From: Octopus vulgaris
Taxonomy: Eukaryota
Direction of reading: 5' to 3'
Assembly: GCA_951406725.2 (NCBI GenBank)
Contig: OX597820.1
Location: 98,208,001-98,272,000 of the forward strand
DNA length: 64,000 nt
How positions within the stretch are numbered: the first letter of the stretch is position 1; the number at the start of each line of letters is the position of its first letter. The notes beneath the pieces are model-generated. The model did not search any database and had not been told where the DNA came from. It saw nothing but the letters and a program-made list of their open reading frames with translations. Position numbers and translations under genes: made by a program. Below, piece by piece: positions 54,956 to 64,000 of this stretch.

Positions 54956-55995
54956 GGAAAAGTAAAACGAAAGAAAGAAAATGCACACTAGATAATTCCA
55001 TAATAAATATGAAAACCTAATAATTTTTATTTTCTTTGTTTACTAAATTTATCGTCGGGAGAATTCCGTAATAAATATGAAAATAAACTTATGACAGTAA
55101 ACACTATAACCTAAATATCCCATAGATATAGAGTTAGGCTATAATAATGGATATCAACATGTTACTATTTTTTTTAGAAGTAATCAGATTTGGAGTTACT
55201 TAAATAAGGATTATTATTCATATATTATGGAAGGGGAGAACTCTGTAAATAAGTAAAAATTAAGTATTATAATAAAACAAGGATATTAATGATTGCTCAC
55301 GATAAAATGATTAATATTATTATTTTAAAATTAAATGACTATAAATAGTATGCATACAAATTTTATTAATTCTTCCACAATTAACAAAATAATTTTGTTA
55401 TAATAAGACAAGTTATAAACTATACAATACTATAGTAATTATTTTGGTTATTAAATTTATTCATGAAGTCAAATAAAACTATCTATCATTAATATCATTA
55501 TCATAATTATCATCAATTATTCAATAAATTAAATGAATGTTTTTATACATATATTCATTATAAATATATTCGAGCAAAGTCGAAAGAATAAGCTTTCGCT
55601 TTCCGTAAATTCCTGAAACGATCGAAAGATATCTCACTTCGATATATTTTTATTTCATATGCGTACTTTTATTTCATTCGAGGAGAATTTTAAATTGCCT
55701 TACTCTATTTAATTTTACTTCACACGAGGACCATTATAAATCTTTTAAACATCGCCTGCTCGAGATTATAATTTAATTCATTTTGTAATTTTCTGCATAT
55801 GTATTATCATTGCCCAACCTTAAGATTGTAATAAAAGAAATATAAATGTATATATTTATTGTATTCCCTATTCGAATATGCATTAGCCGGACTAGGAGGA
55901 TGATAAACTGAAATGTCTTCTCTCCCTCCTTGGACTTTGATGTTTGCTCAATATATTGAGCCCTTTCGTATTATTTCGAGGAAAGAGTTACACGC

Positions 55996-56070
<75 letters not shown>

Positions 56071-56145
56071 CATTATTTTTATTATTATATATATATATAT
56101 ATACATATATATATGTATGTGTGTATATATATATATATATACACC

Positions 56146-56184
<39 letters not shown>

Positions 56185-56197
<13 letters not shown>

Positions 56198-56452
56198 ATT
56201 GAGGTAATCAGATCAGATGGTTCATATTTGTAGATATTTATTTATATATTACATTTTTTACATATATATCATATCATTCGGATTAGCGCTTGCTCCCATT
56301 CACTAGAATGGGAGCAAGCGCTAATCCGAATGATATGATATATATGTAAAAAATGTAATATATAAATAAATATCTACAAATATGAACCATCTGATCTGAT
56401 TACCTCAATTTTTCTAATATATAATACCTGTACATCATCTCCAAACCTTCCG
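56185..56452. mobile_element. asymmetric palindromic insertion in (TA)n, probable Penelope-like inverted pLTR
   Basis: Essentially perfect ~115-bp arms around loop ACTA (56302-56305), with an unpaired tail at 56423-56452. The flanking sequence containing ACACCCATACATAC is duplicated on both sides. Confidence 0.65.
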
Positions 56453-56679
56453 ATATATATATATATATATATATGTATGTGTATATATATATATATATAT
56501 ATACACCCATACATACATATATATATATACGCACATACATACACACATATATATATGCATATATATATATACGTATATGTACATGTACATACAAACATAC
56601 ATGTACATGTGCATATATATAATATATATCTGCATGCATGTATGTATGAACATATATGTTTTATTTATTCGATATTGTT

Positions 56680-57830
56680 AATCGAAATGCTCTGTGGCTA
56701 ATTAGAAAATTTGTAAACATGAGCAGGGCTTTGCATCAAGATATAAAAGCTAGAGTTAATTTTAGTGGTAGGCTCTCTGAATCTTTTGCCGTGGAAAATT
56801 GAGTAAAGTAAGGAGATCTCGATGCACCCGCCCTCTATGCAATTTACTTTGCTGTAGTATTGTCACAAGCTTTTCAAAACTCCGAAGAGGGTATTTAAAG
56901 AAAATATCGAACAACAGGGAATGTTTTTAAACTGACCAGACTGAAATTCTGAGCGAAGGTTCTTACTTTACTCATTAAGGAACTTTTATACACTGACGAC
57001 TGCGATCTTATCAGTCATTTTGAAACAGATTTGCAATCTCTTGTATCTGCATTTGACTCGGCTTCTGATGATTTTGGCTTGACTATCAACTTGAAAACAA
57101 TAGTTGTAATGCATCAACCTGCGTGTGGTACTGTTTGTAACCCTACTAAAATTTTTGTTAAGGCTAAGTTACTTGAGGTTGTTGATTCGTTCATCTACTT
57201 TGGAAGCTCTATACAAAGTGATGGAAATTTTGATACAAAAATACATTTGCGAATTCAAAGGGCAGCAATCCAAACTGATTGCAGTTACACGTTTGGCGCC
57301 AGCGACATATAAATGACAATACAAAGTTGGCTATTTACAAATCATCCCTATTGTTTTCTTGTGAAATATGGACATGTTATGAAAAACATTTAAAATTGTT
57401 AGAACAATTCCACCAAAAGTGCATTCATCGCATTTTAAACATTAAATGGAGTCATTTTACTCCAAACATAGATGTCCTTGCATCTGCAGGCATCACCTCA
57501 ACTAAAGCTATGATTTTGAGACACAAAATGAGATGGTGTGACCATATTGTTCGAATGGCAGATGAACGCAAGCCCAAACAACTGTTTTATGGTGAGCTTG
57601 TTGAGGAGAAGCGCTATCGGTGTAAACCAAAACAAAAAGGTTGAAGGACGGCATAAGAACTACTATGAAGTCATTTGAAATGGATCCAGAAGACAGAAAT
57701 CCGTGCTTCGTATCGAGCTTGAACATAAGTGTGGAGTGAAAGCATTTGAAGAGGCCATTATATCGCATGCAAGACTCAAAAGATATTTAAGGAAGAATGT
57801 TACGATCGAGAAGGTGAAGCACAGTTTGTG
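56680..57830 (+). mobile_element. degraded RTE-clade LINE (RT C-terminal half)
   Basis: Broken frames: LSESFAVEN*VK*GD..P.LY, ELLYTDDC, FGLTINLKT, LEVVDSFIYFGS, TKLAIYKS.LLFSCEIW, FHQKCIHRILNIKW and RWCDHIVRMADERKPKQLFYGEL. Confidence 0.9.
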
Positions 57831-57854
57831 ACAGATCAGGCCTTTCTTTTACTA

Positions 57855-58838
57855 CCTGGAAAGTTCCGAGGATTTCCTAACTTCCGGGAAATTTCGTCGA
57901 AAACTTCCTGGAAAGTTTGTAACTTCCGGGAAATTTGATTGAAAAGTTCCTGGAAAGTTCCGATGGGTTCCTAACTTGCGGGACATTTGGTCAAAGACTT
58001 CCTGGGAAGTTCCGAGTATTTCCGAACTTCCTGGAAATTTCGTCGAAAATTTCCTGGAAAGTTCCGAGCTATTCCTAACTTCCTGTAAATTTCGTCGAAA
58101 ATTTCTTGACTATACCAGGGATTTCCTAAAGTCCGGTAAATTTCGTCGAAAACTTCCTAGAAAGTTCCGGGGATTTTCTAACTTACAGGAAATTTCGTCG
58201 ATAACCTTCCTGGAAAGTTCCGATGATTTCCTAACTTCCGGGATATTTGGTCGAGAACTTCCTGCAAATTTCCGAGGATGTCCTAACTTCCGGTAAATTT
58301 CGTCGAGAACTTCCTGCAAAGTTCCGGAGATTTTCTAACTTACTGGAAATTTCGTCGATAAATTCCTGGAAAGTTCCGGGGATTTTCTAATTTCCGATGG
58401 GTTCCTAACTTCAGAAACATTTAGTCGAAAACTTCCTGGAATGTTCCGAAGATTTCCTAACTTCTGGGATATTTGCTCGAAAACTTTCTGGGAGATTCTG
58501 AGGATTTTCTAACTTCCGGGAACTTTGGTCGAAAAGTTCCTAGAAAGTTCCGAGGATGTCCTAACTTCCGGTAAATTTCGTCGAGAATTTCCTGTAAAGT
58601 TCCGGGGATTTTCTAACTTTCTGGAAATTTCGTCGATAAATTTCCTGGAAAGTTCAGAGGATTTTCTAACCTCCGGTATATTTCGTCGGAAACTTCCTGG
58701 AAAGTTCCGAGGATTTTCTAACTTCCGGGTAAATTTGGTCGAAAACTTCCTGCAAAGATTCGAGGTTTGCCTAACTTCCGGTAAATTTCGTCGGAAACTT
58801 CCTGGAAAGTTCCGGCGATTTTCTAACTTTCGGGAAAT
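57855..58838. repeat. minisatellite, 52-bp unit, ~19 copies
   Basis: Consensus CCTGGAAAGTTCCGAGGATTTCCTAACTTCCGGGAAATTTCGTCGAAAACTT; first two units start at 57855 and 57907. Confidence 0.95.
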
Positions 58839-59144
58839 GAGACACCCAAAATACCTTAGGCTTTGTTTTATAGGTGTTTTTCTATTCTAGCATGAGTTGG
58901 ATGACTAATAGGGAGGCGTTGATTTACAGCCAATGTCCTTCCTAAACCTAATGCTTGCTTGTTTTCCAAGAAATGTCTCATTTGTCACATTCCAAAAGAC
59001 CAAAGGTTCATTAAGAGGACAAATGATGATGTCACTGATTGTAGCTTGAAATACATGGAGGACATGTACAAACACACACACACAGGCATGCGCATGCACA
59101 GTAAGCATTTGTTTAGATTCCATCTACCAGATCCACTCAAAAGC

Positions 59145-59330
59145 CGTATTTCGTCTGTCGTTACGTTGTGAGTTCAAATTCCACCGATGTCGACTTTGCC
59201 TTTCATCCTTTCGGGGTCGATAAATTAAGTACCAGTTACACACTGGGGTCGATGTAATCGACTTAATACCTATGTCTGTCCTTGTTTTTCCTCTCTATGT
59301 TTAGCCCCTTGTGGGTAATAAAGAAATATG
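59145..59330 (+). mobile_element. SINE family 2 (5'-clipped)
   Basis: gtatttcgtctg..gagttcaaattcc.ccga.gtcgactttgcctttcatcctttcggggtcgataaattaagtaccag. Confidence 0.88.
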
Positions 59331-59838
59331 TATGTATGTATGTCATTATTCAGTTTTATATCAGAATTTCTTGTCAATAGAGAAAGAGCCGGTTTCCAAC
59401 CTGGATCCAATGTTCATTCACTGGAATTTTAACAACAACAGGGTATTTCTGTATGAATATATATGTGCAGATTTGTATATTTTGTTTTATGTATACATTC
59501 TCATGCTTATAGTTGCATGTCTAGACATATATGTGTGCATGTATGCATGTATGTATGTATGTATGCATAACATTCTGGTCTTTTGTAAGGGGTGGTCTTT
59601 AAGTGACATATATTTCACTTGTGCACAACCATCAAAATACGGAATGTCTAATGTACCGCATACTCAGACAGCGATATGGCATTGACCAAGATGTATGAGA
59701 GTGTTTACGTACGCGGCGTTGTTGTATATTCTGTCTTCTTTTACGTTTGAAAGTTCTAGGCATGATATATGTCAATGCAGTGTGTGTTAGTGTACGTTAG
59801 TGTGTTTTGTTTGCACGATTCCGTATGTGAGCGTATGT

Positions 59839-59881
<43 letters not shown>

Positions 59882-60063
59882 ACTGTACCATTTGTAGTAT
59901 ATGAGGTTGTATTTGTGGAAATAGCTTTTATATATATATATTCATAAATATGTTTGTTTGTGAATATAGACATAAAAATTTAATATAAATACTAATGTAC
60001 GTATGTGTTTATGTTATATAAAGAGAGAGGGAGACAGAGAGAGAGAGAGAGAGAGCGAGTGAA

Positions 60064-60110
<47 letters not shown>

Positions 60111-60550
60111 GATAGACAGATATGGATATATATATGGATATTGTATAGATATACATATATGTATTTAGGTATTATGTATATATATTTATATATGTCTTGA
60201 ACATATCAATGTATAATATACGTCTGTGTGTATGTCCTTTTATATATATACAATTGTTAGCATATAGATGTGTATGTGTGTTTATATATATATATGTGTG
60301 TATATATATATATGGAGGAGAGGGTGCACGCATGTGTCCGTGCGTGTGTAAATGCTATATGTGTTTGTGCACTTGCTTCTGTACCTGCGTACACATGCAT
60401 ATATGCAAGTAAGTATAAATGAGAGAAAAGTGGAAGTAAAGAAAACATGACAATATTGCGCAGTTTAGTGTGGTTTACAAGACTGCCGTAGGAGGAGAGT
60501 GATTGGGTATGGACGAAAGGAAGAGAAAGAGAGTACATATGTGTGTGTTT

Positions 60551-60607
<57 letters not shown>

Positions 60608-60839
60608 GTGATTTTGTTTTGTGGGACATTTTCTGAGCATGCCTGTCACTTGGTAGGCCGTAATATTCCGGAAACTACAGAATATTATTGTGATACGCTG
60701 TCGACATCTAGTAAAGGGAATGGTTTGCATCATGTCTCATTTATTATGTCTCACCTTATATATTCATACGTGTGTGTTTGTATGTGAGTGTGGGTGCATG
60801 TGTGTGTATTCATACATACACTCACACATATACACACAG

Positions 60840-60870
<31 letters not shown>

Positions 60871-61028
60871 CATAGATATATCTATAGACATATGTATATA
60901 CATACGTATATATATGTATATACATACGTATATATATATGTATATACATACATATATATATATGTAAATACATACGTATATATATGTATAAACACACGTA
61001 TATATGTATATACATAAGTATATATATA

Positions 61029-61094
<66 letters not shown>

Positions 61095-61169
61095 GTATAT
61101 ACATATAAATATACGTCGACCAGAACATGTTTTGATGTATATCTATCTATCTGTCTGTCTATCTACTTG

Positions 61170-61236
<67 letters not shown>

Positions 61237-61247
61237 CTGTCTCTCTG

Positions 61248-61329
<82 letters not shown>

Positions 61330-61330
<1 letters not shown>

Positions 61331-61527
61331 CCTCGTGTGTACCGTAGGCGATTTTTTTCCTATGTCTTCCCTTCTCTGGATCTTTCCTTTTCCTATGTTT
61401 CCGACGAAGAGCTCCACTCGAAACGTTAAACCCTCCTTCTTTCCTTCTTTCCTGAGCGTCCAATAATACTATATTTGTTCCACGTCCTCGCGTTGTTGTA
61501 TTTTTTGTGCTTTCTTGTTTGGATTAA

Positions 61528-61530
<3 letters not shown>
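61330..61530 (+). mobile_element. Penelope-like pLTR fragment with minimal hammerhead motif, between (GT)n and (TA)n
   Basis: 61397-61431: GTTT-CCGACGA-A-GAG(ctcca)CTC-GAA-ACGT-T-AAAC. One core substitution (U4C) and a palindromic stem III. Confidence 0.65.
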
Positions 61531-61564
<34 letters not shown>

Positions 61565-61854
61565 TATAAACATGTGTATCTGAGTGTGTATGTGTGTGCG
61601 CGCGCGCGCGTTCCTTTTTGCATTTCTTACTTGTTTGCAAGTTTCGTGATGTAAAATCTAGTGTTGAGACATTAGATTTTCCCGTCTCTTCGGACGGCAG
61701 TTTTGCGTCTGCGCATGTTCTTTAGTGGCAAAGTGACCCTCCCAAATTGCAACAGAGAAACGCACACACACACACACAAACACACACACATGCACACATA
61801 AACATAAATACATCCATCCAGTTCTCTCTCTCTCTCTCTTTCTCTCTGTATTTG

Positions 61855-61896
<42 letters not shown>

Positions 61897-62104
61897 CACG
61901 TGAACACATACACCCGTATATACATACACGTGAACACATACACCCGTATATACATATTTATATATACCACGCGCATGCATATTGCACATATATATATGTA
62001 TATATCATATTATATTGTATTTTTATGATGAGAATTACGCCAAGGAATTGGATAATAACGAGTTATGTTGCAATCTCTTATGATTTTATGATACTATACA
62101 TATT

Positions 62105-62156
<52 letters not shown>

Positions 62157-63100
62157 TGCATACATACACATGCGCGTGAGCGTTTGTATGTGGGTATGTA
62201 TGTGCATGCGGATGGCCTACGACAGAAAAGATTTCGCAATGGGAGTGGAGCTGGTTATCGTTTGCATTTCATTCATGTCTATGAGGTTTTCCCTAAACCT
62301 CATTGTGCGTCCAGTTAACTGATGTCAATGTCCATATAAAAATGGAGAATATTGCTAACAGCAAAGTATGTACGTTTGGAATATCTACTTTTTTTAACGG
62401 AAACAACAGTTGTACTATAGAGAAATAAGGAGAAATTGTCAAAGTGTCATCACAAAATAAATTCATACTGGTAAACTGTAATACAGAAATACACTTGGCA
62501 ATGTGAGGTTGGCACTCTCGAACTGTGCATGTTCGTGTATGTACGAGTGTGTGCGTATGTATGTGCGAGCGTGCGTGTGGTTTGTGTGTGTGTCTGTGTG
62601 CATTTGTTTGTGTGTGCGCATGCGTGTTTTCATGAGTAGGTTTCCTTCATATTAGTCTCTCACTCCTCACTTAGTGTCTGGGAACATGATATACCAGGGG
62701 AAATGTGTTGATACGTCAAACTTGGATAGCAGTATGACTTATGAAGCGAAAAGTTACTTTAGATACACTGTTTCTAAAATGTCGAGATGGTTACAGTTTG
62801 AACACATGTTATTATATATATACCTTGTAAATCAGTAATCAGGAACTAATTATGAACAATAATTACCAGAAAAATATTGCTATGAAATATTAATCGCAAA
62901 TCAGGGTGCAGGTGCTGAAGATAATGTTGGAGAGATGAGAACAGCGTGGAAGCTCTCTCGTTGAATCGATGGGCTTTCTCAATTAATTGATAGGCCGAAA
63001 GTGAATCAATAGCGCCGAAAGTGGGTTAGAGTACAAAGCAAGGAATCCAAATCCAGGATCCATTTTAACCTGTCTTCACCCTTGCCTAATGATGTAAATC

Positions 63101-63488
63101 TGGTGGAGGCGCAATGGCCCAGTTGTTAGGGCAGCGGACTCGCGGTCGTAGGATCGCGGTTTCGATTCCCAGACCGGGCGTTGTGAGTGTTTATTGAGCG
63201 AAAACACCTAAAGCTCCACGAGGCTCCGGCAGGGGATGGTGGTGATCCCTGCTGTACTCTTTTCACCACAACTTTCTCTCACTCTTACTTCCTGTTTCTG
63301 TTGTACCTGTATTTCAAAGGGCCGGCCTTGTCACTCTCTGTGTCACGCTGAATATACCCGAGAATTACGTTAAGGGTACACGTGTCTGAGGAGTGCTCAG
63401 CCACTTACACGTTAATTTCACGAGCAGGCTGTTCCGTTGATTGGATCAACCGGAACCCTCGTCGTCGTAACCGACGGAGTGCTTCCAC
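63101..63488 (+). mobile_element. tRNA(Arg-like)-derived SINE family 3, full length with TSD
   Basis: A box TGGCCCAGTTGTT, anticodon-loop-like CTCGCG and B box TTCGATTCC. 13-bp TSD AATGATGTAAATC at 63088-63100 and 63489-63501. Confidence 0.92.
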
Positions 63489-63774
63489 AATGATGTAAAT
63501 CACTCAGACGTTGCGGAAATATATTATAACATAAAGGTAAAGTAATAATGTTTCTCCGTGATGGTTCTGCAATTTTGAAGGCCGTACTACTTGAAATCCG
63601 CCTACAAAATACAGGAATATATTAGCTGCTACATACACCTTTCCACGACGTTAAATGCTACGCTTAACTTTCCATTAAGATGAGTCTTGAGAAAATGTAA
63701 AACGTCATTTTATAATTCGGACACAGTTAAGGTATCAAAATTGTGAGATTGATTTAAAATAATTTATTGTATAT

Positions 63775-63965
63775 TCCTATCTACTCTAAGCACAAGGCCA
63801 GAAGTTTTGGGGGAGGGGGCCAGTCAATTAGATCGACCTCAGTACTCAACTGGCACTTAATTTTATCGATCCCGAAAGGCAAAGTCGAGATCAGAACGTA
63901 GCGGCAGACGAAATACTGTTAAGCATTTCGCCCGACGTGCTAACGATTCTGCCAGGTCGCCTCCC
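63775..63965 (-). mobile_element. SINE family 2
   Basis: Similar to 16640-16828 and 4335-4506. Confidence 0.85.
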
Positions 63966-64000
63966 TAATAATTTAGTGTATATTAGTACAGTAATTTTAT

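Noticed and set aside
57855-58838. CRISPR-like array or repeat protein (ORFs 57976, 58525)
   Set aside because: Units are contiguous with no unique spacers, 52 is not a multiple of 3, the context is eukaryotic and there are no cas genes.
63105-63180. tRNA-Arg gene
   Set aside because: The acceptor stem does not close, and it continues into a multi-copy SINE body with a TSD.

Overview
This is AT-rich, microsatellite-dense animal DNA with no recognisable host protein-coding gene. The tRNA-derived SINE families and repeat landscape suggest an octopus or other cephalopod genome (inference). Most ORF-track entries are microsatellite translations. The real coding signal comes from mobile elements. 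There are at least nine copies, from about six divergent families, of R4/Dong-type RLE non-LTR retrotransposons. All are on the + strand, nearly all end in (AAT)n, and they are stacked head-to-tail in four clusters (about 2.6-4.3, 12.9-15.0, 16.8-19.4 and 45.8-52.3 kb). One copy is near full length, with an intact RT + CCHC + PD-(D/E)xK region (47631-50375). A non-coding element of at least 500 bp shares the same AAT target and cluster positions. Penelope-like remnants are also present: GIY-YIG fragments, several hammerhead-ribozyme motifs (one with a perfect core at 41719-41800) and two long asymmetric palindromes. Other elements include Tx1/L1 and RTE LINE fragments, Tc1/mariner relics, piggyBac and hAT MITEs, a non-autonomous Helitron, three SINE families with swapped modules, and 52-bp and 115-bp tandem arrays. 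Family names come from motif recognition, not database searches, and element boundaries are approximate.
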